Of a stretch of 63,639 nt of DNA, positions 9,761 through 17,702 are shown piece by piece. Numbering within the stretch: the first letter of the stretch is position 1; each line of letters opens with the position of its first letter. Position numbers and translations under genes: made by a program. Source of the DNA: Eubacteriales bacterium (GTDB lineage Bacteria > Bacillota > Clostridia > Oscillospirales > CAG-272). The notes under the pieces were generated by a model. The model searched no databases. It worked only from the letters and a program-made list of their open reading frames with translations, and had not been told where the DNA came from. Location: NCBI GenBank assembly GCA_045627885.1, contig JAZQOM010000011.1, positions 1 through 63,639 of the forward strand, written 5' to 3'.

Positions 9761-9789
9761 ATTATATATATATTAAATCTGATTGTCAA
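9761..9789 (-). promoter_or_regulatory. Sigma-A-type promoter of murE-argS-yebC
   Basis: Minus strand: -35 TTGACA (9789-9784), 17-nt spacer, -10 TATAAT (9766-9761). Confidence 0.7.
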
Positions 9790-9848
9790 GGAAAATAACA
9801 CCGATTGATAACTTATGTTAAATTTCGGTAAATAATTCCGCTCTTATG

Positions 9849-9877
9849 TTGACGGTGACCTGCCGTTATTGTAAAAT
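9849..9877 (+). promoter_or_regulatory. Sigma-A-type promoter of the 9898 lipoprotein gene
   Basis: -35 TTGACG (9849-9854), 17-nt spacer, -10 TAAAAT (9872-9877) with TG immediately 5' of the hexamer (9870-9871). Confidence 0.65.
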
Positions 9878-9897
9878 CAAGAAAAAGGAGGTATTGT

Positions 9898-10791
9898 ATG
9901 AAGAAAATCGTGTTGACTTTTCTGCTGGTTACGGCATTATTTCTTACCGGCTGCACGGGAAGCGTAAAGCTTACCGCTTCCGATTATGACGGGCTTCTTG
10001 TTTACACGACGGTTGCGTATTCAAGCAAATCCGAGGATTACAATGCCTACGAATTAAAGGGCGGAAAGCTCATAAGCTCAGCCGATTTTTCCGGCTTGCG
10101 CCTGAGCACGGATATCGTAAAAAACGACGATGGATTTCCTATGACAGATGACGATAATCTCAAAAAGGTGATATCAGAAACCGAAAAGTATGAAAAGGAC
10201 GGAAAATACTACGCAAGCCACATTTATATATGCGGCGGCAGATATTTTTTTACGCTGATTAAAGGTGACTATTCCGAAACGGAGTTTTATGCTTACGATG
10301 CGCAAAAGGACAAATCGGTTAAGCTGTTTGTTTTGCCAGAGCTTGAAATCGTGAGTTATGTCGGCTATAAGACGGATAAATCGGCGGACGGCTATGTAGC
10401 GGAAATATGTTATTTTGATTCTTCGGCAGTTGAGAGCGAAAAAGAGTCCGCATCTTATGCCGTTGCTCAAATCAGCGCCGATGACAGCGCAAGGCTTTAC
10501 GCTCTGTTTTACGGAAAAAGCTTTGTAATCGATGCCGTCACAGACAGAGTAGCGTTCAGTTTTGACGGTAAATTTGTTATAAAAAAGGGCGGCAAGTTCA
10601 TTGATGTTTACTTCGGTTATGCTGACAAGGTAATATATTACGACTATTGCTATGCAGAGCTTACCGACGGGGAAACGGCTTTTATAAAGTCCTTTGACCC
10701 GCACACTCACAAGAATATCGACGACAGTATATACATCACATATACTTCGGATTTTTCGGATATCAATGCTTCAATTCCCAAAGGCTATTGA
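9898..10791 (+). CDS. Hypothetical lipoprotein
   Basis: 297 aa. Signal peptide and lipobox (LFLTGC). RBS AAGGAGG upstream. No family recognised by eye. Confidence 0.6.
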   Translation: MKKIVLTFLLVTALFLTGCTGSVKLTASDYDGLLVYTTVAYSSKSEDYNAYELKGGKLISSADFSGLRLSTDIVKNDDGFPMTDDDNLKKVISETEKYEKDGKYYASHIYICGGRYFFTLIKGDYSETEFYAYDAQKDKSVKLFVLPELEIVSYVGYKTDKSADGYVAEICYFDSSAVESEKESASYAVAQISADDSARLYALFYGKSFVIDAVTDRVAFSFDGKFVIKKGGKFIDVYFGYADKVIYYDYCYAELTDGETAFIKSFDPHTHKNIDDSIYITYTSDFSDINASIPKGY

Positions 10792-10816
10792 AACTTATAA
10801 TGTTTTGTGATAAAAT
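10788..10816 (+). promoter_or_regulatory. Sigma-A-type promoter with extended -10
   Basis: -35 TTGAAA (10788-10793), 17-nt spacer, TGaTAAAAT extended -10 (hexamer 10811-10816). Confidence 0.6.
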
Positions 10817-10858
10817 TGCGATTGTATAAATTGAGCGTATCGACGGGAGGTGTTTTGC

Positions 10859-11155
10859 ATGGTACAAAAAAGGCGCATCTGTGCCGCATTGACGGCTTGT
10901 GCCGTTATTCTTGCCGTTATAGTATCCGTGCTTTGCATCGCCGTTGAATCCGACCACGAATGTACGGGCGACGACTGCGGAATCTGCCGTATGCTTGCTC
11001 TGTGCGAAAACACCGTAAAAGTATTAACGGTCGCACTATGTGCCTGCATTTCTGCCGTTCTTGTAAAAGAGCTGTTTATTTCTGGCAAAAGCTTCAAGAG
11101 GATATCCTCGTTTCGCATATCACCGATAATTCTCGGAGTTAAGCTCTTAAGCTGA
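10859..11155 (+). CDS. Small cysteine-rich membrane protein (hypothetical)
   Basis: ATG 10859 lies 8 nt after RBS GGGAGG. 98 aa with two predicted TM helices flanking DHECTGDDCGIC. Nine Cys by my count. Sits directly upstream of the metal ABC genes. Confidence 0.5.
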   Translation: MVQKRRICAALTACAVILAVIVSVLCIAVESDHECTGDDCGICRMLALCENTVKVLTVALCACISAVLVKELFISGKSFKRISSFRISPIILGVKLLS

Positions 11156-11171
11156 ATATAATTTTTACATA

Positions 11172-11232
11172 ACAAGGGACAAGTCTGCCGTTTAGGGCAG
11201 GCTTTTCGGCTTTGCCGTCCCTTGTATTTTTA
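11172..11232 (+). terminator. Nested hairpin between the small Cys-rich ORF and the binding-protein gene (terminator or attenuator)
   Basis: Outer stem ACAAGGGAC/GTCCCTTGT encloses inner stem AAGTCTGCC/GGCAGGCTT and is followed by ATTTTTAT. Only about 30 nt remain before the ATG at 11258. Confidence 0.5.
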
Positions 11233-11257
11233 TATTCATTTTTGTTCGGAGGTAAAT

Positions 11258-12220
11258 ATGAAACGAATTATAAGTATAATAATTGCGGCTGTAATGCTGC
11301 TTATGACTTTTTGCGGTTGTGGCTTCAAAAGCGAAAAAAAGTATGAGCTTTCTGTTGTAACGACTATTTTCCCCGTTTATGATTGGACGAAAAATATACT
11401 CGGCGAAAGGGCTGACGCCGTGGGACTTGCCATGCTTCTTGACAACGGTGTCGACCTTCACAACTTCAGTCCGAGCGCCGATGATATCATAAAAATAACA
11501 AGCTGTGATATTTTTATATATGTCGGCGGTGAATCCGACGGCTGGGTTGATGCCGTACTTAAGCAAAAAAGAAATAAAAATATGCAGATAATAAATCTTC
11601 TTGACATACTCGGTGAAGCCGCAAAAGAGGAGGAGCCCGTAGAGGGGATGCAGGAAGAAGGCGGCAACGAAGAGGAGAGCGAATACGATGAGCATATATG
11701 GCTTTCGCTCAAAAATGCGAAAATTCTCGTCGATGCAATAAAGGATGCACTCGTAAAAGCAGATGCCGAAAATTCCGCAATATACGAAAAGAACGCTTTT
11801 GCTTATTCCGACTTGTTGGCAAAGCTCGATTCAGAGTATCAAAGCGCTGTAAATTCCGCAAAGCAAAAGACCGTGTTGTTTGCCGACAGATTCCCGTTCA
11901 GATATCTTGCCGATGACTACGGACTTACATATTATGCGGCGTTTTCGGGTTGCTCAACGGAGAGCGAAGCAAGATTTGAGACGGTGACATTCCTTGCAAA
12001 TAAGATTGATGAGCTCGGACTTTCCGTCGTCTTTACGATAGAGGGAAGCGATGACAAAATAGCAAAAACCGTTATAGAGTCAACCAAAGCGAAGAATGCC
12101 GAGATAGTAAAGCTTAATTCGATGCAATCGATAACTGCAAAGGAGCTTTCGGACGGCGCGGATTATATAGCTATTATGCGGGATAATCTCAAAGTGCTCA
12201 TCAAGGCTCTTTCCGAATAA
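11258..12220 (+). CDS. znuA: Metal (probably zinc) ABC transporter substrate-binding lipoprotein
   Basis: Start moved to ATG 11258 (RBS GGAGG). Lipobox TFCGC. ZnuA/TroA motifs and the acidic loop EEEPVEGMQEEGGNEEESEYDEH. ATPase and permease genes follow. Confidence 0.8.
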   Translation: MKRIISIIIAAVMLLMTFCGCGFKSEKKYELSVVTTIFPVYDWTKNILGERADAVGLAMLLDNGVDLHNFSPSADDIIKITSCDIFIYVGGESDGWVDAVLKQKRNKNMQIINLLDILGEAAKEEEPVEGMQEEGGNEEESEYDEHIWLSLKNAKILVDAIKDALVKADAENSAIYEKNAFAYSDLLAKLDSEYQSAVNSAKQKTVLFADRFPFRYLADDYGLTYYAAFSGCSTESEARFETVTFLANKIDELGLSVVFTIEGSDDKIAKTVIESTKAKNAEIVKLNSMQSITAKELSDGADYIAIMRDNLKVLIKALSE

Positions 12221-12232
12221 GGAGGCAGGTAT

Positions 12233-12928
12233 ATGGCTTTGTTGAAATGCAGTAATCTGTCGCTCGGATACGACGGCAGACAGATAATAAATGATTTGAA
12301 TTTTGAAATAAACGAAGGCGATTATCTCTGTATTGTCGGAGAAAACGGTTCGGGAAAATCTACTCTTATGCGAACCTTACTCGGCTTGCAGAAGCCCGTT
12401 TCGGGAAAGATAGAGGTATCGGACGGACTTATTAAAAGCGAAATAGGTTATCTTCCGCAGCAGACATCGGTGCAGAAGGATTTTCCGGCAACCGTGCGTG
12501 AAATAGTTATATCCGGTTGTCAGGGAAGGCGCGGTATTCGCCCGTTTTATTCCAAAGAGGATGTTTTGCTTGCAAAAGACAATATGGAAAAAATGGGGAT
12601 AAGCAAGCTCGCAAAACGCTGTTACAGAGAGCTTTCCGGCGGTCAGCAACAGAGAGTTTTACTTGCAAGAGCGCTTTGCGCCACAAAGAAAATTCTTCTG
12701 CTTGATGAGCCGGTTTCCGGTCTTGACCCGAAGGTCACCGCCGAAATGTACGAGCTTATCGAAAAGCTGAATCATGACGGGCTTACGGTGGTAATGATAT
12801 CACACGATATTCAGGCGGCACTTCGTTATTCGAGCCATATACTTCATATCGGAAGCAGTGTTTTCTTCGGCTCAAAAGAAGATTACATAAAAAGCTCATC
12901 GGGCTTTTTTACGGCGGAGGTGAGATAA
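12233..12928 (+). CDS. znuC: Metal ABC transporter ATP-binding protein
   Basis: 231 aa. Walker A GENGSGKST, ABC signature LSGGQQQR, Walker B LLLDEP. Confidence 0.85.
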   Translation: MALLKCSNLSLGYDGRQIINDLNFEINEGDYLCIVGENGSGKSTLMRTLLGLQKPVSGKIEVSDGLIKSEIGYLPQQTSVQKDFPATVREIVISGCQGRRGIRPFYSKEDVLLAKDNMEKMGISKLAKRCYRELSGGQQQRVLLARALCATKKILLLDEPVSGLDPKVTAEMYELIEKLNHDGLTVVMISHDIQAALRYSSHILHIGSSVFFGSKEDYIKSSSGFFTAEVR

Positions 12929-12929
12929 T

Positions 12930-13769
12930 ATGCAGATATTCGAACAGCTTTCGTATTATTTCAGCTTTCCGAATGTTCAGCGTGCGCTTATAGTCGGAGT
13001 GCTTATATCTCTTTGCTCATCGCTTTTGGGCGTCACTCTTGTATTAAAAAGATTTTCGTTTATCGGCGACGGGCTTTCTCATGTTGCTTTCGGCGCCATG
13101 ACGGTTGCCGCGGTTGTCGGAATAACAAACAATATGCTTATAGCGATGCCGGTGACGATTATTTGCGCCGTGCTTCTTTTAAGCTCGGGGCAGAATGCCA
13201 AAATAAAAGGTGATGCCTCGGTTGCGATGATATCCGTGGGAGCTCTTGCGATAGGCTATCTTTTAATGTATAAATTCCCGACCTCGTCCAATATGTCGAG
13301 CGATGTATGCTCATCGCTGTTCGGCTCTTTGTCGATACTTACTCTCACAGAGCCGCAGGTTATAATCTGCGAAATACTGTCGGTGCTAATAGTTTTGTCG
13401 TTTGTTTTCTTTTACAACAAGATATTCTGCCTGACTTTTGATGAGAATTTTTCAAAGGCAACAGGCACGAAAACAGGCTTATATAATGTTATAATCGCTG
13501 TTATTATCGCGGTGATTATCGTTCTTGCGATGAATCTTGTGGGCTCGCTTCTCATATCGGCTCTCATTATATTTCCGGCACTTTCGGCGATGCGTGTTTT
13601 CAAAAGCTTCAAGTCAGTGACAATATGCTCGGCGGCGGTTTCGGTATTGTGCTCGTCGCTCGGAATCGTTATGGCAATTCTTTACGGAACGCCGGTCGGC
13701 TCGACCATAGTTGCCGCAGATATTGTCGCTTTTGCAGTATTTTCAATTATCGGAGGTATTAAGAAATGA
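12930..13769 (+). CDS. znuB: Metal ABC transporter permease (ABC-3 family)
   Basis: 279 aa polytopic membrane protein. 1-nt gap after the ATPase gene. ZnuB-like N-terminus. Confidence 0.85.
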   Translation: MQIFEQLSYYFSFPNVQRALIVGVLISLCSSLLGVTLVLKRFSFIGDGLSHVAFGAMTVAAVVGITNNMLIAMPVTIICAVLLLSSGQNAKIKGDASVAMISVGALAIGYLLMYKFPTSSNMSSDVCSSLFGSLSILTLTEPQVIICEILSVLIVLSFVFFYNKIFCLTFDENFSKATGTKTGLYNVIIAVIIAVIIVLAMNLVGSLLISALIIFPALSAMRVFKSFKSVTICSAAVSVLCSSLGIVMAILYGTPVGSTIVAADIVAFAVFSIIGGIKK

Positions 13770-14233
13770 AAAAATTATTGTGTTTGCTTATTGCTGTTAT
13801 TATGATTCTTTTCGTCGCGGGCTGTGGGGTTGGAAATACGGAAAAAGCCGAAGAAAAATCCGATAAAAACGGGGAAGAACAAAAAATCAGCTATGACCTC
13901 GATTTGACGAAGCTTAGCAGTACGATGGTGTATTCGGAGGTATTCAATATGATGAACTCTCCGGACAGCTATATGGGTAAATATATCAAAATGAAAGGCG
14001 CTTTTTCCGTCTATCACGATGAAGCATCCGATAAAAACTATTTTGCCTGCATTATAGCGGATGCCACGGCGTGCTGTTCGCAGGGAATTGAGTTCAGGCT
14101 CAAGGATTCGGGTACTTATCCCGACGACTACCCCGAAATCGGAAGTGAAATTACCGTATCGGGGACTTTCAATACATACAGTGAGGGAGATTATCTGTAC
14201 TGCGAGCTGAAAGACGCGGTGCTTGAAGGGTAA
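13766..14233 (+). CDS. Hypothetical lipoprotein coupled to the metal ABC permease
   Basis: 155 aa with lipobox FVAGC. ATGA overlap with the permease stop. Conserved-looking core IADATACCSQGIEF. Confidence 0.65.
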   Translation: MKKLLCLLIAVIMILFVAGCGVGNTEKAEEKSDKNGEEQKISYDLDLTKLSSTMVYSEVFNMMNSPDSYMGKYIKMKGAFSVYHDEASDKNYFACIIADATACCSQGIEFRLKDSGTYPDDYPEIGSEITVSGTFNTYSEGDYLYCELKDAVLEG

Positions 14234-14270
14234 AAAAGAACGGAGCGCGATGCGCTCCGTTCTTTTTTTT
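14232..14270. terminator. Bidirectional intrinsic terminator
   Basis: 12-bp perfect stem AGAACGGAGCGC/GCGCTCCGTTCT flanked by an A-run and a T-run. Lies between the convergent metal operon and rplT. Confidence 0.85.
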
Positions 14271-14280
14271 GCGTATAAAC

Positions 14281-14634
14281 TTATTTTGCTTTCTTTGCCG
14301 TTTCAACGAGAGAAGCAAAAGCTTCCTTGTCGTTTACTGCAAGCTCTGCAAGCATCTTTCTGTTGAGGTTGATGCCTGCTTTCTTAAGTCCGTTTATAAA
14401 CTGTGAATAGTTGATGCCGTTAACCTTTGCCTGTGCGCTGATTCTTGTAATCCAGAGAGCTCTGAAATCTCTCTTCTTCTGCTTTCTGCCTGCAAATGCC
14501 TTGTTGCCGGACTTCATTACGGCTTCTTTAGCCATCTTGAAGTGCTTGCTCTTGGAACCCCAATAGCCTTTAGCGGCTTTAAGCATTTTATTTCTTCTTT
14601 TTCTGGTGGCGAGTGCACCTTTTACTCTTGCCAT
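14281..14634 (-). CDS. rplT: 50S ribosomal protein L20
   Basis: 117 aa, N-terminus [26 protein letters not shown]. Confidence 0.97.
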   Translation of the reverse strand: MARVKGALATRKRRNKMLKAAKGYWGSKSKHFKMAKEAVMKSGNKAFAGRKQKKRDFRALWITRISAQAKVNGINYSQFINGLKKAGINLNRKMLAELAVNDKEAFASLVETAKKAK

Positions 14635-14663
14635 TGTAATTTTCCTCCTGAATCAATTATGTC

Positions 14664-14861
14664 TTAAGCGTAGGGAAGAAGCTTCTTGATTGCTCCCTCG
14701 AATGACGGGCTGAGGATGCCGCCCTTGCGAAGCTGTCTCTTACGCTTGGGGGTCTTGAGTCCGAGCTTGTGACGCCTGTGTGAATGATTGAGCTTTACGC
14801 TTCCGCCTTTTGTAAGCGAAAATCTTTTTGCGGTAGCTCTATGTGTCTTGATTTTTGCCAT
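14664..14861 (-). CDS. rpmI: 50S ribosomal protein L35
   Basis: ORF trimmed to MAKIKTHRATAKRF (ATG 14861), giving 65 aa. Lies between infC and rplT. Confidence 0.93.
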   Translation of the reverse strand: MAKIKTHRATAKRFSLTKGGSVKLNHSHRRHKLGLKTPKRKRQLRKGGILSPSFEGAIKKLLPYA

Positions 14862-14908
14862 AACTTTGTTTCCTTTCAAGATTATTTTTGTTGGTTATTA
14901 TAACGCCG

Positions 14909-15424
14909 TTATTTTTTTGCAGGCGTGATAAACATGGTCATTGAACGGCCTTCGAGTACGGGGGGCTTGTCAATAACGCCCGATTCCGATACGGCTGATG
15001 CAAATTTGTCAAGCATCTCTTTACCTATCTCGATATGAGCCATTTCGCGTCCCTTATATCTTACGACAACCTTTACCTTGTCGCCGTTTGCAAGGAACTT
15101 CTTTGCGTGACCGACCTTCGTTTCAAAGTCGTGAGTGTCGATACGGCAGGAGAGCTGTACTTCCTTTATTTCGGAAATCTGCTGCTTTTTCTTCTGCTCT
15201 TTTTCGCGCTTGTCGTTCTCAAAGCGGTATTTGCCATAGTCGATAACCTTGCATACGGGAGGAGTTGAATTAGGGGATATCTCCACTAAATCAAGCCCTG
15301 CGTCATAGGCTATTTCGAGTGCGGCGGATGCAGACATGATTCCCATTTGAGAACCGTCCGTGCCGATGAGTCGTACTTCCTTTGCGGTAACTTTTTCATT
15401 GATGCGAAGCTCTTTGGAACTTAT
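14909..15424 (-). CDS. infC: Translation initiation factor IF-3 with a non-AUG (ATA) start
   Basis: The reading frame stays open upstream of the first ATG. ATA at 15424-15422 lies 7 nt after RBS GGAGGTG and gives the N-terminus (M)SSKELRINEKVTAKEVRLIG typical of IF-3. Confidence 0.8.
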   Translation of the reverse strand: MSSKELRINEKVTAKEVRLIGTDGSQMGIMSASAALEIAYDAGLDLVEISPNSTPPVCKVIDYGKYRFENDKREKEQKKKQQISEIKEVQLSCRIDTHDFETKVGHAKKFLANGDKVKVVVRYKGREMAHIEIGKEMLDKFASAVSESGVIDKPPVLEGRSMTMFITPAKK

Positions 15425-15429
15425 AGTCG

Positions 15430-15565
15430 AACACCTCCGAATAAAAATAAAATGCGAGCCGAATAAGCCCGCACAAACTCCCGCGCAAAATAATGCGCTT
15501 TGATAATATCAAACCGTATCAGCTGTGCCATACGGTGAGAACCGTGCGTTCTTCTTCTTTAAGCT
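15430..15565 (-). ncRNA. Probable L20 leader (ribosomal-protein autoregulatory leader of infC-rpmI-rplT)
   Basis: About 140-nt 5' UTR between the promoter and infC. It ends in hairpin GCGGGC/GCUCGC (15454-15472, with a G-U pair only on the minus strand) followed by AUUUUAUUUUUAUU just before the RBS. Position matches the Firmicute L20 leader. The fold was not verified. Confidence 0.5.
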
Positions 15566-15570
15566 TTGTA

Positions 15571-15599
15571 AGTATACCACCGAAGACTGCGCTTGTCAA
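15571..15599 (-). promoter_or_regulatory. Sigma-A-type promoter of infC-rpmI-rplT
   Basis: Minus strand: -35 TTGACA (15599-15594), 17-nt spacer, -10 TATACT (15576-15571). Confidence 0.7.
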
Positions 15600-15643
15600 T
15601 AGGTTTTTATAAATTTTTCTTATAAAAATTTCCCGCTTGGGTA

Positions 15644-15672
15644 TTGTAATTTCGGCAAATATTTTCTATAAT
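15644..15672 (+). promoter_or_regulatory. Sigma-A-type promoter heading the long plus-strand gene string
   Basis: -35 TTGTAA (15644-15649), 17-nt spacer, -10 TATAAT (15667-15672). Confidence 0.6.
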
Positions 15673-15704
15673 ATAATATCTATGTAGAAATCGGAGGTCG
15701 GCGC

Positions 15705-16487
15705 ATGGCAGAGCTTATATATGATATAACAAGCAGAACGAATCCGCTTGTTGTTAAAACCGCATCGCTTGCGTCGGCAAAGTCGCGCCGTGAACTCGGA
15801 CTTTATATGTTCGAGGGCGTCAAGCTTTTTTGCGAGGCATTGGATTCCGGTATATCGCTGGAATATGTTTTCGTTAAAAAGAGCTCGCTTGATAATCTTT
15901 GCTCATTGCTTGACAGAGCGGATTGCCGCGCCTATGTTGTTCCCGATATCTGCTTTGAAAAGATTTCGACCGAAAAAGCTCCGCAGGGTATAATAACGGT
16001 GGCAAAGCTCCCGAAGCTTTGCGATATATGCGATTCGGGCTCTTCTAAAAATTCCGTTATTCTTTATGATATACAGGACGCCGGCAATCTCGGAACGATT
16101 ATCCGCACCGCGCACGCTCTTTCCGATATAGATATTGTACTTTGCGGTGACTGCGCGGACGCTTTCGGTTATAAGTGCATACGCGCTTCCATGGGCGCTG
16201 TATTCAGGCAGAGAATCTACTCCTGCTCAAATTTTGAAAAAGCCGTGGCATTATATAATATAAACGGTAAGACCGTGTATGCCGCCGCTTTGCGCGATGA
16301 TGCCGCAAAGATTTCCGATTGCGCCCTTTCGTCTTGCTCTGTTGTACTCGGAAACGAGGGACATGGACTTCCCGACGAGGCAATAGCGCTTTGCAAGCCG
16401 ATGATAATACCGATGGTCGGAATGGAATCTCTCAATGTTGCCGCCGCGGCAACGGTCATTATATGGGAAATGGCGGGAAGAGGCTGA
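15705..16487 (+). CDS. TrmH/SpoU family RNA 2'-O-methyltransferase
   Basis: 260 aa with SpoU methylase C-terminal motifs (VLGNEGHGL, LNVAAAATVIIWE). Confidence 0.85.
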   Translation: MAELIYDITSRTNPLVVKTASLASAKSRRELGLYMFEGVKLFCEALDSGISLEYVFVKKSSLDNLCSLLDRADCRAYVVPDICFEKISTEKAPQGIITVAKLPKLCDICDSGSSKNSVILYDIQDAGNLGTIIRTAHALSDIDIVLCGDCADAFGYKCIRASMGAVFRQRIYSCSNFEKAVALYNINGKTVYAAALRDDAAKISDCALSSCSVVLGNEGHGLPDEAIALCKPMIIPMVGMESLNVAAAATVIIWEMAGRG

Positions 16488-17680
16488 TGGAGGAAAAATA
16501 TCTTCTGTGGCTGAATATTGCACTTGACGCCGATTCGGAGCTTACAAAAAAGCTTCTTTTGAAATTTGATACTCCCGAGGGAGTATATAATGCCGAAGAA
16601 CGCGAATATTACGATAAAATACGCGATATACCAACGGAAGTGGTTGACAGACTTTGCGACAAGTCGTTTGACGAGGTTGAAAAGTGTCTTGCATTCTGCA
16701 AGAGGTACGGTGTTCGCATAGTGTGCAAGGGCACGGAAAAATATCCCGAAAGGCTTTCGCTTATATCAGAGCCGCCGCTTGTCTTATATGAGATGGGCGC
16801 GGATATTGATATTGACGACAACGCCTGCGTCGCAGTTGTGGGAACAAGAAGATGTACCGAATACGGAAGACGCACGGCGAGAAAAATAGCATACGAGCTT
16901 TCTATGTACGGCTGTATAGTCGTTTCGGGCATAGCGCTCGGAATAGACGCCGCGGCTCATCTTGCGGCGCTTGAAGCAAGCTGTCCCACAATAGCCGTGC
17001 TCGGATGCGGTCTTGCCACTGCTTATCCGTCGGAAAACAGAGAACTGCACAAGCGAATTCTTTCTGCAAACGGTATGCTTATTACCGAGTATCCGCCGTA
17101 TTCGCGTCCGGAAAAGTACCACTTTCCGCAGAGAAACAGAATAATAAGCGGAATGTGCGTCGGCGCGGTTATAGTCGAGAGCCACATTCGAAGCGGCGCT
17201 CTTATCACTGCAAAGCAGGCGCAAAGGCAGGGCAAGTTTGTGTATGCCGTACCCGGAAGAATTGACGATTTTAATTCGAGCGGAAACCTTGAGCTTATAA
17301 AGCGCGGCGCAAAGCAGATTACAAACGGAATGGATGTTGCCGAAGATTTTGAGCTTATGTATCCGAATCGCGTAAACACTTCTCACAGAGTGAACGCGCC
17401 TCCGCCGGTCGATATCGAAAGAGATGTAATTGAGCAAAAGGAAAAGAAATCGGAGCCAAAGCCGGAGTCTTTCAAAAAAGATTCACACTCCGTTACGGGT
17501 TATTCCGATTTAACGGGAGCGGGCAAGGCTATAGTCGATATGCTGTCCGAAGGCAGAAAAACAACGGATGAGCTCGTGCACGGAGGAATAGCTCTCGATG
17601 AGGTTCTGACGAATCTGACCATACTTGAAATTCAGGGAATAATCACCGCCGAAGCGGGCGGATATTATATACTTTTGTAA
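16487..17680 (+). CDS. dprA: DNA processing protein DprA
   Basis: Start set to ATG 16487, overlapping the preceding stop (TGATG). The ORF-track extension from 16319 lies inside the previous gene. DprA Rossmann core (VVSGIALGIDAAAH). Confidence 0.85.
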   Translation: MEEKYLLWLNIALDADSELTKKLLLKFDTPEGVYNAEEREYYDKIRDIPTEVVDRLCDKSFDEVEKCLAFCKRYGVRIVCKGTEKYPERLSLISEPPLVLYEMGADIDIDDNACVAVVGTRRCTEYGRRTARKIAYELSMYGCIVVSGIALGIDAAAHLAALEASCPTIAVLGCGLATAYPSENRELHKRILSANGMLITEYPPYSRPEKYHFPQRNRIISGMCVGAVIVESHIRSGALITAKQAQRQGKFVYAVPGRIDDFNSSGNLELIKRGAKQITNGMDVAEDFELMYPNRVNTSHRVNAPPPVDIERDVIEQKEKKSEPKPESFKKDSHSVTGYSDLTGAGKAIVDMLSEGRKTTDELVHGGIALDEVLTNLTILEIQGIITAEAGGYYILL

Positions 17681-17702
17681 TAAATATTGAAAGGATATAT
17701 CA

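Noticed and set aside
9752-9778. 27-nt pure A/T tract at the minus-to-plus strand switch, considered as an oriC unwinding element
   Set aside because: I saw no TTATCCACA-type DnaA boxes, and dnaA and dnaN are absent. The tract is explained by the consensus murE promoter (TTGACA-17-TATAAT) and the divergent promoter.
11139-11150. Quasi-palindrome TTAAG-CT-CTTAA, AdcR-box-like, upstream of a TATAAT at 11157-11162
   Set aside because: The arms differ from the AdcR consensus TTAAC/GTTAA. It lies inside the small ORF coding sequence. No AdcR or MarR gene is present, and there is no -35 element. The evidence is too weak to call an operator.
10795-11175. 126-aa minus-strand ORF opposite the small Cys-rich ORF
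   Set aside because: It has no RBS and no TM or domain-like features. The plus-strand ORF has a promoter, a GGGAGG RBS and a coherent two-TM architecture, so I chose that one.
16319-16486. N-terminal extensions of ORF-track calls, such as dprA from 16319
   Set aside because: The extensions overlap the preceding conserved gene in another frame. Family N-termini and RBS or overlap signals support the downstream starts. The same applies to 19903, 22218, 27441, 29482, 32495, 5840, 11222, 14879, 33289, 38493 and 59468.
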